Positions 13,401 to 25,912 of a DNA stretch of 64,000 bases are shown piece after piece. The translations under genes and the position numbers were made by a program. The notes beneath the pieces were generated by a model that ran no database searches, was not told the origin of the DNA, and saw nothing but the letters and a program-made list of their open reading frames with translations. The stretch lies in contig CBDBBG010000062.1 in assembly GCA_965202585.1 (NCBI GenBank), positions 1 to 64,000 of the forward strand. The letters run 5' to 3'. Origin of the DNA: Thalia democratica. Its lineage: Eukaryota. The stretch's first letter is position 1. Every line of letters starts with the position of its first letter.

Positions 13401-15267
13401 AGTGTTATGCATAAATTTTTTTTTTATGATGTTTATATTTAAAAACTCACTTTGTCTAACAACGTCATGTTGTTTTGCTCAATTTCATTAATCTTTTTGA
13501 TAAGTAGGTTAGATTTTTCTTTGTGGAGCCTTAAATTATTAGATTTTTGAAAATGTAGGTATTCATAACATATAAAAATAATGACCATATTTGTAAGCGT
13601 ACACTTCAACTAAAAATTAAATTAAACTTATTAATATATGATACTTAAGTTTATTTTTCAATTATTTCAAAAAAATAAATCACTGACTATTTTTAAATTA
13701 ATCAAATTAAAACGATTTATAAGGTAAACTACTTACTTATTTATTTTCGTGATTTCTGTCTGATGAGCAACATTTTGATTCAACAACTGTAATAATTTAA
13801 AATTTGTAATTATTACAACGGTTTAAAAAGAAGCAAAAATATTTATAAAATATTTATATTTTTTTGAAAGCTTTACAACTGTTTAAGTTTCATAAAAAAT
13901 GAATAAATATTTTTATTACATACTTAGTTTAATTTTTATTGATACGTAAATTAATAAACTATGCTTACTTTTTCTTCAAGTGTTGAAGTTTTTTTGTTGA
14001 GAATCTCAACTTGTGAAGCCAACGAGTCGATAGCTTCCAATGCCTTTTGGAGGTTCCTATTAAAATTTAAAAGTAAAGTTTTCATTTTGACCAATATTAC
14101 TGTGTCTTTTTTAAAAAACCAGTGTGGTTTATGCATTTATAAAAACAGTTGTAAAAAGAGATATTTTTGAATATTCGGTGAACTAGAAGTTGTAAACTTA
14201 CATGTTCAAAAAGTTCATTTGATTTTCCTTTTCTTCCTTTGTAGTTTCTTGTTTATCTCTGAAACAATAACAATTTGAGTACATTAAAAAAAAACTTAAA
14301 GTATTCAAACCTACTAGATATTTTATTTTAGAAATGACTTTTCAATTCGGGTTGATTAGGTATCATTATTTTAAACTTTAATTTGGTAAATAAAAACTAA
14401 TTTTAAGCTATTAAAAAACACAGTTTATACATTTAAATTTGTTTGAATTTAAACTTTTGTATATTACAGTTTTATTCCAATTTATAACTTTTCATCTAAC
14501 ACTCTTTTTAACTTCAATTTAAAACTCTTAGTTTTTGTAACGACTAAAAATTTAAAACTTAAGTATTAAAAAAACTAACACATGATTTAATTCAGCTTCC
14601 GACATGCTTTGCAAAAGTTTTTTCTTTTCATCATTCTACAAAATAAAAAAGTTATACACACAAACTGCTAAAACGAAAACATTCAAAGCAAGTGTAAGAT
14701 ATCAAATAGCTTACTTCGTTCTCTACTTGAGCTTTTAAATTGTATTTGTTCGCAGCATTTTTGCTGGTTTTACTCTGAAAAAGTATCTTTTACCTAACTA
14801 AGAAATAATAACTTAAACAAAAACTTTTAAGTAACGTTTTGTTATAGACACTTACAAAAATTTTAATAGACAGAAAAACTTTCTCATATGGTCTTAAAAA
14901 AACGTTTAGCGACGAAAACTATAAGTATTTTTTTATTAGTTGCTTTGCAGTTTTTATTGAAATATTACTTATTGAGATATAAAACATATACTCAGAATAC
15001 AAACACTGTAATTACTGTTTATAATATTTATTACGAGCTTTCTTGAATAAAGTTGTGAAATGAAACTATCTTAATTTTTTTTTGATGTTTGATCGTCTTG
15101 GTATAAGGTAAATTGTTTAGTTTTGCACCTAGTTAATTAGACTAATTTAATCTAAAAGTTTTCAAAAACAATTATTAAATACAGGTTACTTAGATATGAT
15201 AAGCTTAATAAATAAATAAACTCACTTTACGATTGGAATTCCGATTGTTCTTTTTTGATTTTCTCAT
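10422..15267 (-). CDS. Multi-exon gene for an uncharacterised long coiled-coil protein (~426 aa), possibly with a C-terminal hydrophobic tail
   Basis: Manually built phase-consistent GT-AG exons (minus): 15267-15226 (ATG), 15096-15035, 14892-14856, 14774-14715, 14635-14580, 14258-14202, 14056-13969, 13786-13737, 13529-13451, 13294-13111, 12785-12639, 11734-11582, 11303-11254, 11023-10945, 10812-10785, 10531-10422 (TAA). A probable 5' UTR exon has its donor at 15431. The product is K/E/L/Q-rich and heptad-like (e.g. QKVLQKEIKETNEKSEAMKLQVKQLNLENQDLAKEVQSCQEDLKEKEG). One +1 frameshift lies in the exon at 12639-12785. First and last exons are less certain. Confidence 0.85.
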
Positions 15268-16305
15268 TTTGTGTACTAACAGTTAGCAGCAGTAATGAAA
15301 ATATTTTTACTAATTTTATTATTTTTACAAAAACAAGCTTTGGCTACTAACGTAACAATAGAACATTAATTTTTAATTTTTGTTTGAAAAAGTTGCATTA
15401 TTTTCGTAAAATTTACCAAAATTTCCCTTACATATCTTGATATAGATTTACTCCAGGAATACGAATTCTTTTATAAATAACCGGATAAGTCTCATTATAC
15501 AATTTTCGGGAAACCGTGTATTTATGGAATTTAAGCAAAATACAAAAGTTCAAGCGTAAATTTAAATAAAATAACTATAAAAACAACATTAAATTGGACA
15601 AGACATTAAACTGTATCCGTGGTGTATGGCTCGATAACCAAAAAGTTTTTTGTATACCATGTCGTTAATCCAATATTTTTGTCGTTCAATAAACCAATAT
15701 ACATTATTGTCTACTCGCATTTAACTGAACAGCTTAATAACTAAACTAATTGAAAGTATTTTTATTATTTCAACTTTTCTTAGAATAGATTTTTTAACTC
15801 CAAAAGTGTTCGATAACCGTAGTTTACCGACGCTTGATAAACTGAAAGATCAAAAAGTAGTAATAAAATAAGAACTTTTGTCTAATAAGTGCTGTTTTAC
15901 ATTATGCTTTTTTATGAATATAGTTAACTACAATACTCTATAAAACAAAAAATATTTTTTGAAGTAATTGTTTTCAGGGGCGTTGCGTGGGGTTTTGTAC
16001 TGCCGCAATTGCACTACCTTAAAATTTTGTAAGAAAAATTAAGTATTTATAAGGTTTTATTTGTTATTTAGAATAAAACCTCTTATAAAACTCCAATTTA
16101 GTCAAAGACCATTTTGCTCACTACACTGCCGCAAACTTTTAGCTGACTTCTGCAAATGAGCTCAAAACAGCAAAATTTCTTCAAGAATTACCGCAAAATC
16201 AATATCTTGCGGTAAGTAAGCTAAGTTGAAAATTACCTATAACAGTACAAGCTTAAGTATCATTCCACAAGCTATTGTAAATAAAAACTGAAAACAAAGC
16301 TAAGC

Positions 16306-16410
16306 AGAGACAACTAGAGCAGAAGCAATTCGAGCAGGAACAACTCGAGAAGAGGCAACTCGAGCAGAGGCAACTCGAGCAGGGACAACTCGAGCAGAGG
16401 CAATTCGATC
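16306..16410. repeat. 15-bp minisatellite (AGAGGCAACTCGAGC) x7
   Basis: Seven consecutive 15-mers are visible; GC-rich relative to the flanks. Confidence 0.95.
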
Positions 16411-18164
16411 ACCAGTAATTATAGCTCCGGCAACCACCTAAGACCACCCTTTTTTCTGCACCACCTAAGAAAAGTACCACGTTACCCACTGGTTGTCTTA
16501 GCAGCATGAAAGTTCTGTTTGTATGTTCAAGAAAAATGTCACACAAACTTACAGTTTAGTTCAATGAAATTACGTACCACTTAAAAATCAATTAACTCAT
16601 GTTTACTATCTTAGTTAAAATAGCATGAAAGTTTTAATTAATTAAAACGTGTTCACACAAAAGTTCCCATTTTAACAGTTCAAGTTTTTAGAATTTATAT
16701 TGAATTTTTTTATAACTTTTAACATTTTCAATAAATATTTTTCGTATTATCCTGATGAGGTTTTATTTTTTATGAGACATTGGTTACATATGATAAACAT
16801 AAGTTGATTGATGTAAAGATTACTGTAAAGTGTCCTGGACAAGACATTGAAAGGTATCCGTGCGAGTGGACCAAATCCTAGGAACAAATATTATTTTTCT
16901 TGACGTTTAATAAACTATTAACTATAATATAATACTGCTGTCTTGCTTTTTATTTCAATCCATTTTGTGTTATCAAGCACGACTTATGATTTTCAGTGAA
17001 TTAACTTAACATAACTATGAAGTCTCAGCTAAATTTTTATGTTCATTTATTTAAAAAATTTGAAAAGTAAAAGCACATTAAATTATTTATAGTTAGTAAA
17101 TTTCATTAGTCATTTTACAGCAAGAATGATTAGAAGTTCTCTTTTTGAAACTTAACCTAGAATCAACTTAAAAGTAAAAAATTGGTAAAATGTTAATAAT
17201 TCTAATTAGTTTTAGTCATTTTATTTATTCTATTTGTCTAATGTTTTATTTATTTAAAAATTAACTTTTAATAGTCTTTAAGCTCCTGTTTACTTTGTCA
17301 AATTATTAAAATAACTAAAAACTTGATTAAGTATTTATATTTTAATAAATTATTATTGAACTTATATCATATTATTGTTTAATATCTAATGTAATCCATT
17401 GTAATCGTAAGCAGTTTAACTTTATTAAGAAAATGTACTTTTTTTTAAACTTATACAGATTTATTTATCATATGTTATTTATATTCATTTTAAATATCTT
17501 TGATTTTTATGATGCCTATATAGAACGTTTTCTTAAAATTAGCTTAACGGTTATAAGTCATGAAAAGCTTGTATTTAGTTTATTTAAGGGTTAATATTTT
17601 CTGTTTTTTTAATAGTAGTGATAATAATGATTAGATAAAAAAATATATAAAACTTCTTGCAAAACTTATCTTATACTAGTTGAAATGAATTATCTACTTT
17701 GAGTTAAAAATTAGTATCAGTTTTCGTGATTGTCAATCTAACCATGAAGCTGAAATATGAGCTTGAAACTAAAAAACTTAAAAGAAAATATGATACATTT
17801 TTTTAATCAAGTTCTTATTATGTAAAACATTAATTTTTATAAAATTAATTTTTTTCCCATAAACTCACTAAAGGTGATATATTTATTTTTACTATTTTTA
17901 AAACATGACTTCTAACAAAGTGAAAATAGATAAACAGCTTCAATTTTTAATTTTTTATAACCAGTGAGAAATATATATGATATGTTAAAACAATAAAAAG
18001 AAGCAAAAACAACAAGTGTTTTATTCTGACTTCTTTACCAAACTAATCTGAGCTAAATACAAGTTCGATCATTTTTGATAACCTTTAGTTAATGCTGTAT
18101 GCTTCAGGGCTGCCACAGATCCAGCTGAAAAAAAATTGCTAACTTTTCTTTTGATCAAGTGTTT

Positions 18165-18505
18165 AATTAAAACCGATTTAAAAATACATAAAGTATCACT
18201 TGAAATTATGTAAAACTTTCAATCTTTATTTTATAAAGGTTCAAACAACAGTTTTCTTGCTGGATTCAATCATATAACTTTCATTGCACCATTTAAACTA
18301 CCTGTGTATGATCAATGTATTATGGGATAAATCAAGATCTTCTAAGATCTGAGAGGTACAAATATTTTGCTTATAGAGCTCTTTATTACATATTATTAAT
18401 TGTTCCAACAAGAAAACTGTTGTTTTAACCTATAAAAATAAAGATTGAAATCTTAACATAATTTCAAGACTTTGTTTATGCATTTTTTAACAGGTTTTAA
18501 TCAAG
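18165..18505. mobile_element. Small foldback/MITE-like element with ~95-bp inverted arms
   Basis: 18165-18262 (..CTTGAAATTATGTAAAACTTTCAATCTTTATTTT..AACAACAGTTTTCTTG) is the reverse complement of 18408-18505 with scattered mismatches. Confidence 0.7.
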
Positions 18506-19712
18506 AACTTAATAAAAACCTCTCAACATAGTAAATACACACTTTAGATCTTAATTTTTCGCAAAAGTTTAATTAGACCCAGAAAAAAACAAGAATTGCA
18601 AAAGCAAAACTTAACTGAAAAAAAAACAATAGCAAAATTCAGTTTAAATAAATAATAACTTCCTTGTTAAGAGCATGTTTCAAACAAATTTCCTGGTATT
18701 TAATCATAAACCTTTTTTTCTTTTGACTTATGTCTTTTTTTTTTATTCTTCCTGACTTGTATTACTATCAAAAGTATGTTGGAGATTAAAAATGGATGTT
18801 TTTAATACTCTCAGACTATTAAGTTTTATTAATTTGTATAACTACATGCTACTTGAAAAAATAAATGTTTAACTAAGCTAATTTGTAGCATGACTTTCTT
18901 TGTTCTAATAGAGAAAATTCGTAATTACAAACAGTTTTTTGTTAAAATTTAGTTATAGTTAAGAAGGACATTTAAATTTAACTTAAATTGAAAATATTTA
19001 GTACTGATTTTGTTTTTTTTTTGATGTTAAACTAATAAAGTAATTCAAAAATAAATTATTTTACTGCTAATACAAGTATTATTTAATAACTGAAATCATT
19101 GGACAAAGTGCAGTCATCGTTTGCAAAAAAAAAAAGACTCTAAATAAATTATTGAAATTTTGTAAATGTAGCCTGACTTTTCAATATTCTGACCAATTTA
19201 GCCTGACTCTACCTTCTTCTTATGCGTTTTAAGTACACACTTCCAGTTAAATACGCATTCTGAGAACACATATTTTGATAAGTACGCATTTTAGTACACA
19301 CTTCGTATTCAGTACATTTTTGGACCAAAATAATAAATTTCTGTCAGGTTTTTAAGACTAGTAATTCTTATCTACAAACTTTATATTGAGTAAATATAGA
19401 GATAAACTAAACACATAACTATTTACATAAACTACTAAACTTTGTGCTTAATTATAAAGATCTTAATAACTTACATAAACAATTAAAACAGTCTGATTGT
19501 AAAATTTTGCAAAAAGACTGAAGTGTATATAACAAAACTTCACTATGAAAGTGTTCTTGCCACAGATCATCAATACTAAAAAGATTACATACTATGTTTT
19601 TATTCAACTTAACCATTTGAAGGATGTTAAACTAAATGATTTTGTTAGTAAACTTAAATAAAAAAATTACAATTTTAGTCTGACTTTTAAGAAAATTTTT
19701 GCTAATTTATTA

Positions 19713-20114
19713 CAGGGTTGCCACTCATTTTTGAAATTTTTTTCCAGGTTTTCCAAATTTCTTCAAGGTTTTTAAAAGTAAACATTTTGAGGTCTATTTT
19801 TAGTTTTAAGTTAATTTCTATAAAAGAAACTGTGTTAAATAGTACAAATATATTTAGAAGATGGTGTAAAGTTACTTTAAATGTGGTTTTAATAAAAAAA
19901 ATTGTTGATGATGACAAAAAAATTCAATTTATATAATAGATTTCTTGTGTCAAATTAAGTTTTTAGTACTGAAAATGTTAAAATTATTAAAAACCCAGGT
20001 TTTTTGATCAAAATTCCAGATTTTTCCAGGTTTTTTACAAAATTTCACAAATTCCAAGTTTTTCCAGGTTATTTTTGCCTAAATTGTCAAATTCCAGGTA
20101 AAGTGGCAACCCTG
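19713..20114. mobile_element. Non-autonomous TIR element (MITE), TIR CAGGGTTGCCAC, hAT-like ends
   Basis: Perfect 12-bp TIRs at 19713-19724 and 20103-20114, flanked by the direct repeat TTATTA on both sides. TTCCAGGTTTT subterminal repeats. An extra orphan right TIR lies at 20242-20253. Confidence 0.85.
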
Positions 20115-20582
20115 TTATTACCACTTTAAGGCTTTGAAAATTAGGGAATTTTGTAAATAGAACTGACAAATTTTGACATTTTAAAATAAAAAAAATGACT
20201 TTTGGTCATTTTGACCCCGAAAATACTGACTTAGCTTACCGGTGGCAACCCTGATAATAGTTAAATACAGTAATATTAATTTAAGCACTAAATGTAAAAC
20301 AATTATTTCACTTACAAGTAACTATAATGAATCAAATCAGACTTATAAATAGTTTCGTAATACTTATTTAGCTAGTTTAATTATATTTCTTTTGAAGTTA
20401 TAGTATACATGATTTATAATGCTCTGTAAATATTTTTTAAGTTTACAAGCTTATTAAAAAAGATATTTAAATTAATACACGAAATGTCATTTTTTAGATA
20501 ACTAGTACAAAAGCGCAATGAGAAACATTTTAAGAAAATACTTTGTATTAGAAAATTCTATTAATAACTTAGCAAAACCTTA

Positions 20583-22127
20583 CGGTAGGACTTTTTATGG
20601 GTAGTATTTTATCGGTAGAATTGCTGCAATCAATTCTGCCTATAATTTGACGTGATTAATTAAAATTATGGGTAGTATTTAGATGTTGCTGCAATAAAGT
20701 TGCTGCAATTAAATGAAAAAAAAAAAACATAAGCCTTATATAGAAATTATGGATAGTTTTTTTTTTTAATTTATATCAAACAAATAAAAAATAACTTGAA
20801 TACACATAAACCAATGGTTTGGTTTATTTGTAAATTTATTTAAATTATACTTTGTAAATTAACAGAAGTAGTGGCTAAACTTATTGAAAAATTATGGAAA
20901 GTTTTTTTTATGTAATATTTAGTAAAGAAAACAACTTGAATATACTTAACCAATTGTTTGATTTAACAGTATATTTATGTAATTTAAATTTACAGAAGTA
21001 ATGGCTTTGCTTTAATAATATTTTGGACATTTGTTTTATTTAAGATTTTATAAACAAAAAAAAATCAAAATTTATCACACTTAAACCAATTGCTTGATTT
21101 GTAGTTGTATATATGTAATTTATATTTAGTAAACTCATAGAAGTAGTGGTTTGGCATTATGTGTACTATTTTACGGGCACTATTTTATGTGTAGAATTGC
21201 TTTAATTAATTGTGTTTATGTTTTTTCTAGCCAATACTTCTGTTAGTTTAAAAAATATAATTTAAATAAATGTTCAAATAAATCAAACCATTGGTTTATG
21301 TGTATTCAAATTATTTTTTAATTGTTTCTTTATAAATTTTAAAACAAAAAAAAAATATCTATAATATTTATTTAAGGCCTAGACAGTTTTTATTTTTCAT
21401 TTAATTGCAGCAACATCTAAATACTACCCATAATTTAAATGAAATCACATCAAATTATGGGCATAATTTATTGAAGCAATTCTACACATAAAATACTGCC
21501 CATAATAAAGTACTCATAAGGCCAAACCACTACTTCTATAAGCTTACTAAATATAAATTACATATATATGACTATAAAACAAACAATTGGTTTATGAGTG
21601 TTCAATTTTAATTTTTTTTTGTTTATAAAATCTTAAATAAAGAGAATATCCAAAATATTTATAATATGCCAAGCCATTACTTCTGTTAGTATAAAAAATA
21701 TAGTTTACATATATATAATTTTAAATCAAACTATTAGTCTAAGTGTATTCAAGTTGTTTTCTTTATTAAATAATACATAAAAAAAACACTATTTTTGATT
21801 TTTCAAAATGTCTAGCAGCTACTTCTGTTAGTTTACAAAGTATAATTTAAATAAATGTACAAATAAATCAGACTATTGGTTTATGTGTATTCAAGTTATT
21901 TTTTATTTGTTTGTTTATAAATTTTAAAACAAAAAAACTATTTAAAATATGTATATAAGGCCTAGACAATTTTATTTTTCATTTAATTGCAGCAACTTAA
22001 TTGCAGCAACATCTAAATACTACCCATAATTTTAATGACATCATATCAAACTAAGGGCAGAATTGATTGAAGAAATTCTACCCATAAAATAGTGCCCATA
22101 AAATACTAACCATAAAAAGACCTACCC
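20583..22127. mobile_element. Non-autonomous Mutator-like (MULE/foldback) element with very long TIRs
   Basis: Ends CGGTAGGAC.../...GACCTACCC; perfect 9-bp TSD AAAACCTTA (20574-20582 and 22128-22136). Arms of ~600 bp are mutually reverse-complementary and built of internal ~125-bp subrepeats. Confidence 0.92.
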
Positions 22128-23307
22128 AAAACCTTAAAAGTTCTTAGTTACGTCATGGTGCACACAAACTTGCTGTATGACGTAATATTCTATGACGTCA
22201 CACAAAATTGTTTAAAAGTACAAACGCTTGCTGTGCACAAACTTCATATTTTTTTATTCGTTAATTTATTTGTTAAAAGTTTTCTTTCTAAAAAAAAAAA
22301 TGTACATCACATGAAGAATTTTAGAAAAACGTTTAAATGGGCTATAAAGAATTAGTAAAAAGTTTCTTTTTAGTTTTATTTATAGACATACACATATGTA
22401 TAAATACATTTTATTGTAAAATAAAATCAGTAACAAATTTTAATTCCATAAACAGTGCATCTTAAAATTATATCAATGATATAAGTAAATATAGTAAATA
22501 TTATGAAATTATTCAAACCATATTTTTGTTAAATAATTAATTTTGAATAATAAAGTCCTTATTTGAAGCATATCTTGATAACTCATTAAAACTATTTAAC
22601 TCTTCTTTTATCAAATCAATATTTTTTTTATATTAACTCCTTACCGAATAATTTTTTACACAATAAAAATTCAACCATTTTGTTTTCAAAAAAAAGTAAA
22701 CGTTAAATCCTTTCATACAAACTAATAACATGTACCCCACTTAAAAGCTGAACTTAATTCACATATTACTTGTTACAAAAAGGAAATTTAAATAAACTAA
22801 AAAACAACTTATACACATGACTTTTAAAACATCCTTTCAACAAAAAAAACGATCTGAAATTTTCACTTTTGTGCATCAACATCAAGTTAAGAATCTTTTT
22901 TGGGGGCTTGAATGAAAAGCTCCAATTTGTTTTGCATTTGGCGCTCTTTTCTCATTTCTTCAACTGAACTTTCTTACCGACTATCAGTTCCGTCTTCATC
23001 TCACTGTTCTTTGACATTTCCTCCAAAACATCTTTCCCTTCAACATTGTTTAATTAATATTACTTTCTAATGAAAAAGAATAATTAATTAAGTATATCTT
23101 AAACTGATATGTAAAAATAAAACTACAAGTTTTTGGAAAAGTTTAGTTTAGATATTGGTAGTTTGTTGCTTAAGACATTTAAAACACTTCAATGAAACAA
23201 AAAATTGTTTAAAAAATAACAAACCTGGTTTTCGAGTCTTTGCGATTCGCTGTTGCTGAGTTTTTACTGAGCAATTGCAAAGTTATATCAAAAAAGATAT
23301 AAAATTT

Positions 23308-23990
23308 AAAATAGAGTATGGTGTTGGTTTTGCTGTCAAGAATACACTTTTACAACTTGTAGAAGTCGGTGACGGAAACGAACGTATTGCTACTCTACGT
23401 TTACACACCAAAAAAGGAACAGCGACCCTTATTAGTGTATATGCGCATACGCTATACACTGACGAGCAAATTAAAGATACTTTTTATGAAAAGTTGAATC
23501 TCGTAGTGAATAAATTGCCAATAAACGACCAACTTGTTATTCTGGGTGATTTTAATGCAAGAGTTGGATCTGATCACGACTCCTGGGCTCCCTGTCTAGG
23601 ACATTTTGGTTTTGGAAGAATGAATTCTAATGGTCAACGCCTTTTAGAGTTTTGTCATAAACAGAACCTCTGTGTTACCAATTTATTTTTTAAAACTAAA
23701 TGGCAGCATAAAGTATCTTAGAGACATCCCCGTTCTAAAAACTGGCACCAATTAGACCTTATCTTAGTGAGACGCCATCGTATTAACGATGTTCTGTTAA
23801 CTAGATCATATCAAAGTGCAGACTGTAACAGCGATCATTCTTTGGTCTGCTGTAAAATGCACATCTCAAAAAAGTTCATGCATAATTCAAACAATTTAGC
23901 TCGTAAAGTTCGACTAAATGTAGGTGCAATGCGGGACAAGGAAAATCTAAATCAATATAATCTAAAATGCAAACAGCTTGGACAAGATAT
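23308..23990 (+). mobile_element. RTE-clade non-LTR retrotransposon fragment, APE endonuclease domain (pseudogenised)
   Basis: Motifs YGVGFAV, LISVYA, LVILGDFNARVG, NGQRLLEFC, KVS*RHPRSK..QLDLILV and ADCNSDHSL are typical of RTE/BovB-type endonucleases. In-frame TAG at 23719-23721 where W is expected. Confidence 0.92.
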
Positions 23991-24509
23991 TGTGAATCGG
24001 TTTGCAGAAGTACATAATCACACGGATCCTGATACAATAGAACCCAAACATAAAAGTATGGTAATACAAATAATAATGAATACCGAAAGTCTACTAGAAA
24101 AATATCAGATTCATAAATCCAACGTACTTGAAAAATGACGAGGAGAAATTGGGAGAAAAACAATTCTAAAAACAATGCGAATGAAATATCAAATGCAAAA
24201 GTAACAAAGTTATTCAAGTCTTTATTCAAGACAAGTTAAAATTGAAACACGTCAAGGTTATGGCATCAACTAACTTGTATTAAGCATTTTTGCAATGATG
24301 AAGGATAAAATTTTTTAAGTATGTAGGGAAACCCAGTTTGATTGAAAATTTCGATTTATTAATAACTCTTTTTGAGGTTGAATTAGACAAATAAAAATTT
24401 GATAAAGAAAACTATTTTGATTTTTTTGAAAGGTTTAAAAATCAAATTAATAAAAAAATAACCTCTCTAAAAATGAAATTCAAGGAAACATCTGGGTATT
24501 TTGTGGTCG

Positions 24510-24990
24510 TCCACAAGTTTTTTTACAAACATAATTTTCTGTTCAAGTAGCTATATCGGGCAAAGTTAAAGAAATTTAAAAACACGTGTCAAGGAGTATC
24601 AAAATGTATTCAATTGAACATAATAAATATAATTAATAAAAAGAAATAAGCTGTGATGCTGTGTGCTTGATTAGTTTTTTATAGTGAAAGTTTCCAACCT
24701 ATTTAACAAGGACCAAGTAAGTGCCCTATATATTTAAGACTACCATATTTAGAACAAGAAACAACAGCTCTTAAATAGAATGTCAAAAGCACAGTTAACT
24801 CTACTTTTAGATCTGAACAAATAAGAATTAGTCATTTTACAAGAAAACCTTTGAATGGATTTTGTAAGGATGTCACTACCGATCTAGAAAAAAGTTAAGT
24901 CATTTCTAAGTTCAAATGCCACTGTGATCGTGTGTATACCGGCAGAACGTCCCGGAGATTTCACCTTAAAAGGGACCAACGCAGCTGCAG
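24510..24990 (+). mobile_element. Penelope-like element relics (GIY-YIG endonuclease fragments)
   Basis: CSSSYIGQS*RNLKTRVKE (~24540-24600) and KFKCHCDRVYTGRTSRRFHLKRDQ (~24905-24980) match the PLE GIY-YIG pattern YKFxCxxCxxxYIGxTxRxLxxRxxEH. Confidence 0.7.
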
Positions 24991-25912
24991 AGAAGCTTGA
25001 AGGAAAAACTTTTTTAAAGAACATTATAAGGGCGGGTTACAATTAAAAGGTCCCTGCTAATACCCCTCTGAATCGAATTGAGAGATTCTTTAGGTTTAAC
25101 AATAACAAAGTGATGTTTGCTCAGAATCATCTAAAAATAACAAAGTAATGTTTGCAAAAGTAATGGCAAAAATCGTAACAAACACTATTTGCCTTGTTTC
25201 ATAAGAACTCTTGCCGTGTTATAAATGCCTTTGACTCGCTTGTGGACAAGAATGCTGCTGTATTCAGATAAAAATCGCCAAACTAAGTATTCTTTAATCA
25301 AGTAGTGCAACAGTATACTTTTTGTAATTAAATTTATTTTTTGTAAGGTTTATTTATATTCAAAATTAAGTAACAAAGTTTAACAATTATTTTCTTATGT
25401 TAATAATTTGCAGAAGGAGGTATTATCAAAAAAATTAATATTTTATTATCAACACAAGATGAAATAAAACTTCTATTAATATTGAAAAGCAATATTCCAC
25501 AATTGAATTTTAATATTGTCAGATCTCCTTGCAAAGCCATGGGATTTTGTTGCCAGAATTTTCCATTTACTGAAAGCATGATAGAGGAGGTTGGAAAGAC
25601 TAGCCTCTATAAAGACATAAATTATAATGTTCAAGAAAAATTGTCAATGGCAGAGTTCAAGCTTTTTCTACCCGCAAATGTTTTTAAAGTAAATCAATGG
25701 GTTTATATGTATTTCATTATTATGTAGAGCAGTTTTACTAGGCAATTTAGTGTTAGCTTTTGTTACAATGCAGTTTAACAAGCAATATTTTAAGTAAAGC
25801 AAAATTTATTTTCATACATTTTCATTTTGTTATAGCTGTTTTAATGGCTAACATTTTAGATATTGTTTAAGAATGTATTTTAGTTTAAAAGTTGGTATGT
25901 TTTAAAAGTTAA

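Noticed and set aside
22700-23270. Exon-like K/E-rich segments on the minus strand next to the RTE insertion
   Set aside because: Frames are broken by stops and could not be joined or identified; at most an unidentifiable relic.
23876-24229. 117-aa minus-strand ORF
   Set aside because: Antisense shadow of the RTE/PLE relics; no motifs.
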